A stretch of 64,000 bases of DNA from Macrostomum hystrix (Eukaryota > Animalia > Platyhelminthes): the NCBI GenBank assembly GCA_950097015.1, contig CATNEN010000002.1:3162001-3226000 (forward strand). Direction: 5' to 3'. Shown in pieces: positions 1 to 11,505 of this stretch (within the stretch, counting starts at the first letter, position 1; each line of letters opens with the position of its first letter). Position numbers and translations under genes: made by a program. The notes below the pieces were generated by a model. The model worked only from the letters and a program-made list of their open reading frames with translations. It had not been told where the DNA came from and did no database searches.

Positions 1-2009
1 TGATCAGCAGCTCCGGAGCAGCACCATCCGGCAGAAGGCTGCAATTTTCATACACAACACGCAGACGGACCCGGTGAGAGGTCGGGTCGCCCGACTTGTT
101 AAGATCTGCGGCCATGTCGGCATCTTCATCGTAATTGCTGACTTCATCTTCATCGTCTGCGCTACCTGTGCTGTGCTCCGTTGCTCCTCGGCTAGCGCTG
201 TTGAGCACGCGCACGCGCCAATATGCTGGCAGATCGGCCAGCTCGGAGCGCAACGGCAGATCAGGCGGTGGGGCCGGTATCGCTGTCGCCTCTTGAGCTA
301 GATTGTTGTCAGCCGAGTCCATGGATGTAACCGTAGCGAGATCAGCGGTGACAGGGATAAAGAGTGAGTCGCGCGGAGGGACAGCGCCCTGATTAGCAGA
401 GCGAACCTCGGAGGCAAAGCGCGACCAGACTGAGTCGCAGACAGCACTTTTCATGACAGAATCGATCTCCTGGACAAGTATTATAAGTACATTAAATTGC
501 AAATTGTTAGTTAACCGACTATTTTACTAATCACATAATATTCATAATTTTTTTCTCGACACACTAACTTGTACGTACCTTCAATAGAGTCTCTCCGAGG
601 CGCCTTGGTGTAGGTTGGATTTCGACTTGCTGACTATTGCTCTCTGAAACTACAGGCATAGGTGAAGGCTGCTGCTGTTGCTGCTGCTGCTGCTGCAAAT
701 TCAGCAGTTGCTGATGCTGCAGCTGCTGTTGCTGCTGACGCTGTAATTGCTGCTGTTGCAATTGATGCTGCTGGATTTGTTGCTGAATCTGCTGCTGGTT
801 AAGTGGTTGTTGCAGCAACTGTTGCTGCATACGCTGATGCTGCAATTGTTGCTGCATTTGCTGTTGAGGTACTTGTTGCTGCATTTGCGGCTGCTGCATC
901 TGCGGCTGCTGCATCTGCGGCTGCTGCATCTGAGGCTGCTGCATCTGGGGCTGCTGCATCTGCGGCTGCTGATGGTGCAACGGTTGTTGTTGCTGAAGTC
1001 TTTGCTGCTGAATTTGCTGCTGCTGCTGTAAATTCTGAGGCTGCACCTGTGTTCTAAGAATATTCTCTAGCTGAATGATGGTGCTATCAATTTTATCTGC
1101 GTCTGGCTGAGTGCGTACAAAATTTTCCGGTGAGTCTAGAATGTCGCAGATCTGTCTCAGCTTGTTAGTTTGGCTGGGATTGCCTTGCAAGCTCTCCACG
1201 CGTCTCCTCAATGCCTGGCTGTACTGCTGATTCAGCAGCCGAATGCGCTGAATCTGCTGCTGCTGACGATCCGTCAGTGGCGCCAGCTGTTGAGGCGGCA
1301 GCTGTTGAGGCGGCAGCTGCTGAGGTGGCAACTGTTGAGTTGCCAGCTGTTGAGGCGGCAGTTGCTGATGAATCGGTCTAGATCGATCTACACGAACGCT
1401 TTGAGGCTGCGCTACCAAATGCTGTTGTGGCATGCGTGCCGCAACGTTGCCAACCATAATGCCGCCGACAGCGGTTGCTCCTCCGCCGACCATGTTTGAC
1501 AGTGACACCAGAGGGTCCGGCGCCGCATGCGACTGCATTTGCGGCCGAACTGACGTCGGCTGCGGCACCTGTGGCTGGGGTGGGGGCGGCTGCTGCAAGA
1601 CTTGCTGCGTTGGCACCTGTTGAGGCGGCGGCTGCTGCTGCGGCTGTCGGCGACCTGTAAGAGCGTCCTCCAGCTTGGCTACAATGCTCCGATACTGCTG
1701 GTCAAAGGTGGCGCCCCCGGCCTGCTGATTGGACTGGCAGCGCTGGAACACGTGAGTCTCGAGCTGGTCAGCGGTTGGATAGCGAGCGAGCAGCTGGTTA
1801 ACCTGCAGGCCCTGAACCGGACTGCGGTACAGCTCCGCCAGCCTGCGCCGAGTCTCTGCGCGAAGCTGCTGCAAATGGGGAGGCAGAGCTTGCGGCAGCT
1901 GCAACTGCTGCCCCTGCTGGATATGCTGCTGCTGCTGTGGCTGCTGTTGCGGTTGTTGTAGATGCTGAGAAACGATTTGATATCGAGCATTGTAGTTTTG
2001 ACCATCCAT
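1..2009 (-). CDS. MED15: Mediator subunit 15-like protein (KIX domain, Q-rich region, MED15 middle/C-terminal region); 3' end runs off the window
   Basis: Exon 579-2009 (GT donor at 577-578) joins in phase 0 to exon <1-469 (CAG acceptor 470-472), which stays open to the edge (EIDSVMKSAVCDSVWSRF...). LETHVFQRCQS...QYRSIVAKL resembles the MED15 KIX motif MESHVFLKAKT..EYLSLVARL. YSQALRRR...KLRQICDILDSP resembles MED15 YIEPLRRM...KMKSLLDILTDP. Confidence 0.75.
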
Positions 2010-3323
2010 TCTGAAGGCCGCTTTGCTGAAAATAAAATATTTAACTGCGGGTACTAGGGCTTTCAGCTATTTTTAGTGGTTTTTCTATTGTCTCTCAACC
2101 TTATGCTTTGCGCAAAAATTAACAGAATGAAAAATGCGAATGTAACCATATAAAGTGGCGCCTGTTGTAAAAACTTAGAAAACAGCTTTTATTTCGAATC
2201 AAAAATCATGTCAACAGAGAGTATGTGAAACTCTAGAAGTTTTTAGCTGAAATCAAAGTTTTCACAAGCAGAATAAAAAATCACTGAATTGCTTTTTATT
2301 ATTGGCTTACGTATGAAACACAACAATAGTCATGAAGTGTTAATAAAACAGGCATCGAGTGCAATTCTAGAATACAATAGTTATTTAAAGCTTCTACAGA
2401 ATCTATCAAATCTGAATTTCTTATTACAGCAAAAGAAGCTTTGTTTCTGTAATATTTAACAGTAGAACTACCAAGGGGGGAGTTCCCCTTGACAACTTTT
2501 TGCTGCACCCGAACGGAGCAACGCAAGCACACGGAACTCAAGAACACGGGCCAGCTTTTTGTTGCGCATCTTCTGAAACAAGAGCATTTTCAAGTCGCCA
2601 GCTTTTTAGACCGTCGAGATATTCAATGGTTCTGGCCGAAGGTCAGATTTTTCCAAAAAGCGCAAGTGTTTTTCATGAAAAGCCCAATACACAAATTAGC
2701 ACTGCGCCTCAGTGCGGCCTTGCCAGGCCTTCAAAATTTATCTGCAAGTCACCCGAATGTGCCTGCATCATATCCGTCTTCGGTGGTCACCTACCTTTAT
2801 CTGGAAGGTCTGCTCGACCTTCAAGGGCTAAAATAGGTGGAAATAGGCCACTATGGACACGCTGACGCTAGTCTCCAGTTTCACTGGTCAAGCCTAAATA
2901 TTAGGCGCAGCTCAACCACAGGACACCCTCACCAACTCATCGTCTGTCAACCAAACAGTCACCACCCAACGCTGTTAGCATTCACCCTTAATATCCCTTA
3001 GTATAAAAACGGCCGGTAAAATGGCTTGGTAGCCCGACTGTTAATAACTGTACGTAGGTAGCAGGAATTAATTGTTTCATAAATGTCCTAATGACCAGTC
3101 AGTGTCAGAGCGTCAATTCAGGAAAAACGGAGGTCATAAAGTTTTTGTGTTTGTGTTTTTTCGGAGCTACCTGCATTTAAAGCCGTTTTAGAAGCAATTG
3201 AGTCAACTAAGAGACAAAGAAAACGTGACTGAAGGCAAATTTTAAAATAGCGAAAAATTATTCTTAATACAAAGACATGTCTGATAAAACTGTGATTGAC
3301 CTGGCACTCCTAGCAGCAGAAAT

Positions 3324-3710
3324 CTAAAGCTCCCTTGCTGGCTGTGCTTGCAACACCATCATGCGGCGCAACTGCTGTGCCCACATGAGGCGCTGAGCTA
3401 GCTGCTGCTGAAGTTGCAGCTGCTGCTGCTGCTGCTGCTGTCGGAGACCTGTAATAGCGTCCTCCAGCTTGGCTACAATGCTCCGATACTGCTGGTCAAA
3501 GGTGGCGCCCCCGGCCTGCTGATTGGACTGGCAGCGCTGGAACACGTGAGTCTCGAGCTGGTCAGTGGTTGGATAGCGAGCCAGCAGCTGGTTGACCTGC
3601 AGGCCCTGAACCGGACTGCGGTACAGCTCCGCCAGCCTGCGCCGAGTCTCTGCGCGAAGCTGCTGCGAGTGGGGAGGCAGAGCATGGCATTCTTCTTTGT
3701 TGGCCACTTT
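3324..3710 (-). pseudogene. KIX-only duplicate of MED15 (copy 2); nearest ATG is one base out of frame
   Basis: About 3455-3665 is nearly identical to about 1655-1868. The acceptor context matches MED15 (ttccag|CAAAGTGGCC vs ttcag|CAAAGCGGCC). The ATG after the acceptor (ATGCCATGC) is out of frame with the KIX block, which ends ...AQPAREL*. Confidence 0.65.
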
Positions 3711-4005
3711 GCTGGAAAGAAATTTTAAATAATAGTTTAGGTTCAATTCTTAATTTAAAATTATTGTGCAAAAAAAGAATTAAACTGCCTCATTTTGTAA
3801 GCAAGACAACAGACTTTATTTTTTGTTACAATTTTACAAGAAAATCTTAGACGAAATATAATTAGAAAATGTACAAGCAAAATCTAATTGTAGATTCACG
3901 ATCACTAAGAAATGACAGGCAGTTTATGTTTCTCTGCATAAAAATAGCATGAAGAATGATAGCACAGCCAGTAACAAAGAACAGCGCATTTAGACCCCAG
4001 CAAGG

Positions 4006-4344
4006 TCAGAGCTCCCTCGGCAGCTGCTGTTGTTCTAGTTGAAAATGACGCCCAGACAGAATATGCTCCAGTGTCACAATAATGCTGCCGTACTGCTCAG
4101 CGAAGCTGAAACCGCGGACCAGCTGGTTCGTCTGGCAGCGCTCGAACACCGTCGCTTCCAGCTGGTCAGCGCTGGGGTAGCGAGCCAGCAGCCTTCCAAC
4201 CTGCTCGCTCTGAACTGGACTGTGGTACAGCTCCGCCAGCCTGCGCCTAGTCTCTGCGCGAAGCTGATGCAGCTCAGGAGACTGCGGCTGCTCAGGCAGC
4301 CGGTGCACGGACGGGCGCCGCCCGCGAAAAACAGGTGCGTCCAT
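4006..4344 (-). CDS. KIX-only MED15 paralog (copy 3), 112 aa, intact ORF
   Basis: QLRAETRRRLAELYHSPVQ...LEATVFERCQ...QYGSIIVTLEHIL is a diverged copy of the MED15 KIX block. A ttccgcag acceptor lies 16 nt before ATG GAC, the same spacing as in MED15 (ATG GAT). Ends ...LPREL*. Confidence 0.65.
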   Translation of the reverse strand: MDAPVFRGRRPSVHRLPEQPQSPELHQLRAETRRRLAELYHSPVQSEQVGRLLARYPSADQLEATVFERCQTNQLVRGFSFAEQYGSIIVTLEHILSGRHFQLEQQQLPREL

Positions 4345-4444
4345 GCCAACAAACGGCTTGCTGCGGAAACAATAGCGCTTGGGTCAGAATCCCCATCATC
4401 GCGACTCACGGCCATCCAGAATGCCTGCTAGCGTTCCGTGAGAC

Positions 4445-4925
4445 CCAACTCACCCATCCCTGCTAGTGTTCTCTGAGTCCATACTCACCCATCCCTGCTA
4501 GTGTTCTCTGAGTCCATACTCACCCATCCCTGCTAGTGTTCTCTGAGTCCCTACTCACCCATCCCTGCTAGTGTTCTGTGAGTCCCTACTCACCCATCCC
4601 TGCTAGTGTTCTCTGAGTCCATACTCACCCATCCCTGCTAGTGTTCTCTGAGTCCCTACTCACCCATCCCTGCTAGTGTTCTCTGAGTCCATACTCACCC
4701 ATCCCTGCTAGTGTTCTCTGAGTCCATACTCACCCATCCCTGCTAGTGTTCTGTGAGTCCCTACTCACCCATTCCTGCTAGTGTTCTCTGAGTCCATACT
4801 CACCCATCCCTGCTAGTGTTCTCTGAGTCCCTACTCACCCATCCCTGCTAGTGTTCTGAGTCCCTACTCACCCATCCCTGCTAGGGTTCTCTGAGTCCCT
4901 ACTCACCCATCCCTGCTAGTGTTCT
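4445..4925. repeat. 35-nt minisatellite (actcacccatccctgctagtgttctctgagtcc[a/c]t), about 13-14 units
   Basis: Unit starts at 4448, 4483, ... with 35-nt period. Confidence 0.95.
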
Positions 4926-5689
4926 ACTCATGATACTGTTCTACTGAACTAATGTTCTACTGCTAGTGAGTCACTACTCACCCATGACTGCTGGTGCTAT
5001 GAGTCCATACTCATATAATGTTCTCTGAGGTACAAGAAATATACTCGTACATTAACACAAACTACAACAATAATTCTAATTTATTTAAATACTTGCAGTC
5101 AGAGTAGCAGAATTCAATGAGCAGACTAAACCTTACGATATAAAGAATAATTTTCCACTGATTAGGATAATGAAGCAGAAATCTGTAAAAACATGTTTCT
5201 GTTCGCACAAGCGATACATGCGCACTCGTTGAAGCAAATAAAACTAACAAGCATAGGCACAAATTGGACGGCATTGTAGTTACGGAAATAAATCATCATG
5301 GATCCATCTATACTCTAAATTACGTAGGGTGTTAAGTTAACTTATCAATATCAAGCAATCAGCACAGCAATGGGCAGGAATGTACGCTGCTGGCAGCAAT
5401 TAGCATAATCGAATACCTTAATATGAGATTTCTTTGAAACAACAAAAGCCTCTTAAACTTTTATGAAGTTAATCAAATCGGTGCTGCTCAGCTTGCTAGA
5501 TTTCAAATCTAGGAACAGAAATTTTGAGTACTTGGCTTGCGATCTGCAGAAGTAAGTGGTGTCTCCAGTTATTCAATAAACAATTTAGGAATATTTTTCT
5601 TGGAAAGCTAGTTTCGAAAAAGTTGAATATTTTAGGAAATTATCAAGCTGCTTAAAACCTGAAGAATATGAAGAATATGAAGACTTAAA

Positions 5690-6095
5690 GAAAGTTCTGT
5701 AGACCCTGAAGACCTGAAAAAGTTCCCCAGACTCTGAAGGAAGTTCATTAAACCCTGAAGACCTGAAGGAAGCTCCTCAGACCCTGAAAGAAGTTCCTCA
5801 GAGAACTAAAGCAAGTTCCTCAGACCATGAAGACCTGAAGGAACTTATCCAGACCCTGAAGGAAGTTCCCAAGACCCTGAAGGAAGTTCCCCAGACCCTG
5901 AAGGAAGTTCCCCAGACACTAAAGCAAGTTCCCCAGACCCTGAAGGAAGTTCCCCAAACCCTGAAGGAAGTTCCCCAGACCCTGAAGGAAGTTCCCCAGA
6001 CACTAAAGCAAGTTCCCCAGACCCTGAAGGAAGTTCCCCAGACCCTGAAGGAAGTTCCCCAGACACTAAAGCAAGTTCCTCAGACCTCAGGAAGT
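5690..6095. repeat. 21-nt minisatellite with two alternating variants (gaccctgaaggaagttcccca / gacactaaagcaagttcccca)
   Basis: Visible tandem units; the degenerate left part gives the SGELPSG/SGELALV pseudo-ORF. Confidence 0.9.
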
Positions 6096-6200
6096 TCAGT
6101 AAGGGCAAGAATATTTATTCTCAGAGTACAAAAAACACAAAGCTGAGATTTTTGGAATGCACAATCCAATCCCGGTTAAATTCATTCAATCGGGCCGGAC

Positions 6201-9170
6201 TCAGGTAGACGAGCTGGACACTTGCGAGGAGAACACAGTGGCGCTGCGCCAAGCGCTGGCCTTGGTCTTCTTGCCGTTCACTACGAGACAGTCCGGAGTG
6301 GCGACTCGAACAACCGGGAAGTGAAAACGGCGACCATCGCCGTTTTCCTCCGAGGAGTCGACGAAGTCAACGCTGCCCAGCGTGGGCTCGGGAATGGCCA
6401 GACTGTCGCCAACTGTGAGGCCTCGGTCAGCTGAGATGTTGAAGATGTTGACCAGGGCGCAGGTCTCATCTGAGTCCATTGCGCAAACCGACAGGCACAC
6501 CTGAGTTGGACGGTCATTGGGATAGAGGCGGCTGTGGGTTGCAAACTCAGGCTACGAAACTGCTAACCTGAGGACCTGAAGGATATCTTTGAAAGGCTAA
6601 CCTGAGGACCTGAAGGATATCTTTGAAAGGCTAACCTGAGGACCTGAAGGATATCTTTGAAACGCTAACCTGAGGGCCTGAAGGATATTTTTGAATCGCT
6701 AACCTGAGGACCTGAAGGATATCTTTGAATCGCTAACCTGAGGACCTGAAGGATATCTTTGAAACGCTAACCTGAGGGCCTGGAGGGTGCTTTTGAATCG
6801 CTAACCTGAGGACCTGAAGGATGTTTTTGAATCGCTAACCTGAGGACCTGAAGGATGTTTTTGAATCGCTAACCTGAGGGCCTGAAGGATATCTTTGACA
6901 CGCTAACCTGAGTACCTGAAGGATATCTTTGACACGCTAACCTGAGTACCTGAAGGATATCTTTGAAACGCTAACCTGAGGGCCTGAAGGATATTTTTAA
7001 TCGTTAAGCTGAGGACCTGAAGGATGCTAATGAATGTTTAATGCGAGGACCTGAAGAATCAGAAAGCAGAGAAACTGGAAATCCCACGCAAAAGCTCACA
7101 CAACAGAACCCCAAGTAAAAAATGTCCCTAGGGTCTCACCTGATCGTCGGCCCTGGGCAGTCCGATGACCCGCAGCAGCAGCAAAGTCTCCGGGTTGGCG
7201 CCAACCTTCAGCTGGGCCAATTTAGTCTCAGCCAAAGCTACAGTCTGACCGCTGCTATCTGCGTAGCCGGCGCCTGCGTACGGCCCGAGATCCTTCAGGC
7301 GACGCTGGGCAAAGCCTTCCATCATAGACTTGTAAACTCGGGGCTTCAGGCGACCCCGACTGTCGATGATGTCCTGAATACTGGCTAGCATGCGAGGCAG
7401 CTGGCTCACCTTCTCCTGTAGGTTTAAAGGTGGGAAAATAAACAAAGCTTCTGATGGCATCGATGATTGCCCCTACTGACAAGACATTTCAAACAATCCG
7501 TCATAGCCGAAGAAAAGTCAGTCATAGCTTCGGCCATAGCCAACAAAGTGAGTCAAAACATTGGTCATAGCGGAAGCAAAGTGAGTCATAGCATCGGTCA
7601 TAGCGGAAGCAAAGTGAGTCAAAACATCGGTCATAGCGGAAGCAAAGTGAGTCAAAACATTGGTCATAGCGGAAGCAAAGTGATTCAAAACATTGGTCAT
7701 AGCAGAAGCAAAGTGAGTCAAAACATTGGTCATAGCGGAAGCAAAGTGATTCAAAACATTGGTCATAGCCAACAAAGTGAGTCAAAACATCGGTCATAGC
7801 GGAAGCAAAGTGAGTCAAAACATCGGTCATAGCGGAAGCAAAGTGAGTCAAAACATTGGTCATAGCGGAAGCAAAGTGATTCAAAACATTGGTCATAGCG
7901 GAAGCAAAGTGAGTCATAGCATCAGCCATAAAATACTCATAGTCCAGCCGAGTCAGTCAGACCAACCTGAGCCTGAGTCCAGGTGGGGTCCAGTCGGAGG
8001 GCCATGCGAAAGCCGCCCAGAGCCTGCTCGTATTGGTCCAGGTAGACGTGAGCCACGGCGCAGTTGTAGTGCAGATCCGGCTCTCCGCAAGCCACAGGAT
8101 CTTTCATTGCGTTATTGTAGGCGGACATTGCCAGCCTCATGGAGGTGCTGGACTGATCCTTGGTGAAATAGCAGCTCAGGTAGGCATTGCCAAGCACTGC
8201 CCAGCTGCGACCGTCCTGGAAAAAAAGTCAGTTGGTAAGAAAAACATTTTTGAATTAATTTACTAGAACTAATTAGAATTAACAGAGACATTGATGTTGA
8301 GCCAGATGTACAGCTGTTCAGTCCATGGACTGGGATGTAATCAAATAAATTCGATCCCATAGACAGAAAATTATTTTTTTACCGATGGTTGAGATTCGAA
8401 CACACGACCTGGTTAGTCTTAAAGAGAAGAACACAAAAGGACAAGTAAAAGCTGTACATACTGCTAATAGCGAGCTTGAAGCCTAAAGTCTGAAGTTCGA
8501 TTCTGGAGTTCAATTTTTTTTGTCATAAACTGGGGTAGAAATCATGCGGCCGCGGAAGTCACCCAGTCCATGAACTGAAAAGCTGTGCACAGCTTCCGGA
8601 TATTGAGCACCAAGATTAGACAAAAAAAATCGCGCGCACCTTAATGTTTATCTGCAGGGCCTCCTTGGCCTTGGCGAGGCTCTCCTCAACCTTGGCCAGT
8701 CGATCGGCCGGGGTTGAGAACGGCAGAGCTCGCAGCACCATGGACAGGTTGCGCAACACCGCAGCATCCTTGCCGTGCTGCAGGGCGCTATTGAAGCAGT
8801 TGTGAGCCAGCTGGTAGTCCCGCAGCTTCCAGTAGGTTTCGCCAAGTAGTCGCCAAGCTTCCGGCTGATCAGGCTTCAGCTTCACTGCCGTTGTCAAATA
8901 GTCCAGTGCGCGCTGATCGAAGTCCTCCAGGCAGTGGAAGAGTTTGCCCATAGACAGTGCGTGCGAGCAGCGCTCGTCTGGGCCGGACAGCACCGCGGAG
9001 AGATCCGAGTATTTCTTAGACAGCTCGTCCACTTTGGCTCGGACAACGGCAGCGCGACTCTGCGACTGCTGCTGCTGCTGCTGCTGCTCGGCAAAATAGC
9101 CATCTTTGAAGTGTACTAGAACATCTACCTCCTTGTGGAAGGCGTCTAGACGAACAGTGTTTGATTCGGC
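6201..9170 (-). CDS. TTC5: Tetratricopeptide repeat protein 5 (STRAP); start-codon exon not resolved
   Basis: Exons 8640-9170, 7967-8215, 7140-7415 and 6201-6500 are all phase 0 with GT/AG ends. Motifs AVKLKPDQPEAWRLLGETYWK, LRNLSMVLR, DGRSWAVLGNAYLS, PDLHYN, GDSLAIPEP and VRVATPDCLVVNGK match TTC5. Confidence 0.9.
6562..7040. repeat. 34-nt intronic minisatellite (gctaacctgaggacctgaaggatatctttgaaa[g/c]) in the last TTC5 intron
   Basis: Units at 6562, 6596, ...; about 14 copies. Confidence 0.95.
7495..7925. repeat. 33-nt intronic minisatellite (gtcatagcggaagcaaagtgagtcaaaacattg) in TTC5
   Basis: Tandem units filling the intron 7416-7966. Confidence 0.95.
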
Positions 9171-9364
9171 CTGGAAAACACGGCAAAAATTTATCAACTC
9201 CAGCTAAAACTAAACTTTCTTAATCTGCTAAATCAAACTTTACACCTGCAGATTTGAAGTCAATACAGTCAAAATCAAAATCATCAAGATTTTGGGATCT
9301 TAAAAAATCATTTTAATTAAGCTGATTTTTGATCCCGAAAAAAATATTTTGTATAATTGAAGAT

Positions 9365-10160
9365 TCTGAAAATAACAGATTTTGTAGATTTTAGATTCTG
9401 AAAATAACAGATTTTGTAGATTTTAGATTTTGAAAATAACAGATTTTGTATATTTTAGATTTTGAAAATAACAGATTCTGTAGATTTTAGATTTTGAAAA
9501 TAACAGATTTTGTAGATTTTAGATTCTGAAAATAACAGCTTTTGTAGATTTTAGATTTTTTAAATAACAGATTTTGTAGATTTTAGATTCTGAAAATAAC
9601 AGATTTTGTAGATTTTAGATTTTGAAAATAACATATTTTGTAGATTTTAGATTTTGAAAATAAAAGATTTTGTAGGTTTTAGATTTTGAAAATAACATAT
9701 TTTGTAGATTTTAGATTTTGAAAATAACAGATTTTGTAGATTTTAGATTTTGAAAATAACATATTTTGTAGATTTTAGATTTTGAAAATAACAGATTTTG
9801 AAGATTTTAGATTTTGAAAATAAAAGATTTTGTAGATTTTAGATTTTGAAAATAACATATTTTGTAGATTTTAGATTTTGAAAATAAAAGATTTTGTAGG
9901 TTTTAGATTTTGAAAATAACATATTTTGTAGATTTTAGATTTTGAAAATAACAGATTTTGTAGATTTTAGATTTTGAAAATAACATATTTTGTAGATTTT
10001 AGATTTTGAAAATAACATATTTTGTAGATTTTAGATTTTGAAAATAACAGATTTTTTAGATTTTCGATTTTGAAAATAACAGATTTTGTAGATTTTAGAT
10101 TTTGAAAATAACTGATTTTTTAGATTTTAGATTTTGAAAATAATAGATTTTGTAGATTTG
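9365..10160. repeat. 32-nt AT-rich minisatellite (agattttagattttgaaaataacagattttgt), about 25 units
   Basis: 32-nt period (for example 9369 and 9401). Confidence 0.95.
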
Positions 10161-10656
10161 AGTTTCGAAAAAGGAACCAGGTAGATTTTAGAGCGCCAAA
10201 AAGATTTGCTTTCGTTAGATTTGCAATCCGAACAGATTTTTAATTGATAAACTTTCAACTACTAGATTGCATAGCTCAAACTAGCTTACACGTAGTCCAA
10301 CTAATAGCTGGCACACTAGAACAATGTTTAAAAAACTAACGTTGAAGCGACGATCAAAATAAGTAATATATTGATAAACTTTTATAGAAAATGTATTTAA
10401 GTGGAAGCCAGCTCAAATGTGCGTACTTTGTAGTTAAGATCACAGTGAGCAAGGAGACTGAAAAATATATGCTAGATTGTTGAAAAGGCTCAATTTTGAA
10501 TTAAAATAAGAAATTAATTTCACATTTTATATTTGCGCTAAAACACTTACATTAATTTGTGTGCTCGACGTCTAAATGTATAGCATTAGTTTACATATCT
10601 ACCATAAAAACTGAAAATTCAAAACAGAGCCGTTGCTTTAGATACATTTTTTCTTC

Positions 10657-11505
10657 TCAATTGGAGCCTCGCTTGCCAATCCGAACGGCGTCCAGGTCGA
10701 CATCCGCCTGCATCAGCTGGGCCAGCGCGTCCAAGGCGGCCTCCTTGCCAGAGGCTGCCGCACCTGTGACGCCCGCTCTGCTGCTGGTGGAGGACACTGA
10801 ATGTGGAATTGGCAGCGGTGGCGACTCCGACGGAGGTGGAGGAGCTGATGGTTCAGCTGAAGAGGAGGCCGTCGTTGACGCCGCCGCAAATGATTCACGT
10901 TGACAATTTTGGTGATAGGATGGTTGACCTGATGGTACATTAGCCTGCTCACCTGGCTGAGGATAATTAACCTGTTGACCTGGCTGAGGATAATTAGCCT
11001 GTTGACCTGGCTGAGGATAATTAACCTGCTGACCTGGCTGAGGATAATTAGCCTGCTGACCTGGCTGAGGATAATTAGCCTGCTGACCTGGCTGATGATA
11101 ATTAGCCTGTTGACCTGGCTGAGGATAATTAGCCTGTTGACCTGGCTGAGGATAATTAGCCTGTTGACCTGGCTGAGGATAATTAGCCTGTTGACCTGGC
11201 TGAGGATAATTAGCCTGCTGACCTGGCTGAGGATAATTAGCCTGCTGACCTGGCTGAGGATAATTAGCCTGTTGATAAGGTGAGTACCCAGGGTGTTGAT
11301 AAGGCATCTCAGCTGGTGTTGCCCAATTTGCACTGCCATATGGAGGCCCAGGCACTGGCACAGAGTATCCAGTTGAAGTGTAAGTGTCCAATGGTGGAAC
11401 ACAGAGTCCATATGGAGGTGGCTGGGTCTGAGCAGGCATTGAGTAGTCAGCTGATGACTGGTTGGTTGGTAACCCAAATGATTGAGGATAGTTGTATGGC
11501 TGCAT
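10657..11505 (-). CDS. Orphan low-complexity protein with about 12 QQANYPQPG repeats (27-nt unit)
   Basis: Open frame from ATG (11503-11505) to stop, with a tacag acceptor-like site just upstream. Y/P/Q/G-rich N-terminus, repeats at about 10950-11275, Ser/Pro/Ala linker and a short helical-looking C-terminus. No family recognised. Confidence 0.6.
   Translation of the reverse strand: MQPYNYPQSFGLPTNQSSADYSMPAQTQPPPYGLCVPPLDTYTSTGYSVPVPGPPYGSANWATPAEMPYQHPGYSPYQQANYPQPGQQANYPQPGQQANYPQPGQQANYPQPGQQANYPQPGQQANYPQPGQQANYHQPGQQANYPQPGQQANYPQPGQQVNYPQPGQQANYPQPGQQVNYPQPGEQANVPSGQPSYHQNCQRESFAAASTTASSSAEPSAPPPPSESPPLPIPHSVSSTSSRAGVTGAAASGKEAALDALAQLMQADVDLDAVRIGKRGSN

Noticed and set aside
747-1961. 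Plus-strand poly-Leu/poly-Ala ORFs over MED15 and similar antisense ORFs over the DEG/ENaC, MAGUK, LRRC9 and GPAA1 genes
   Set aside because: Shadow frames of CAG-rich or GC-rich coding sequence with no domain signal.
2299-2865. ORFs between MED15 and KIX copy 2
   Set aside because: Overlapping short frames with non-ATG starts, no motif and no splice-phase link to neighbours.
9245-9285. MILILTVLTSNLQ as TTC5 exon 1
   Set aside because: The phase fits, but the sequence looks more like a branch point and acceptor, borders a minisatellite and has no TTC5 similarity; the start was left unresolved.
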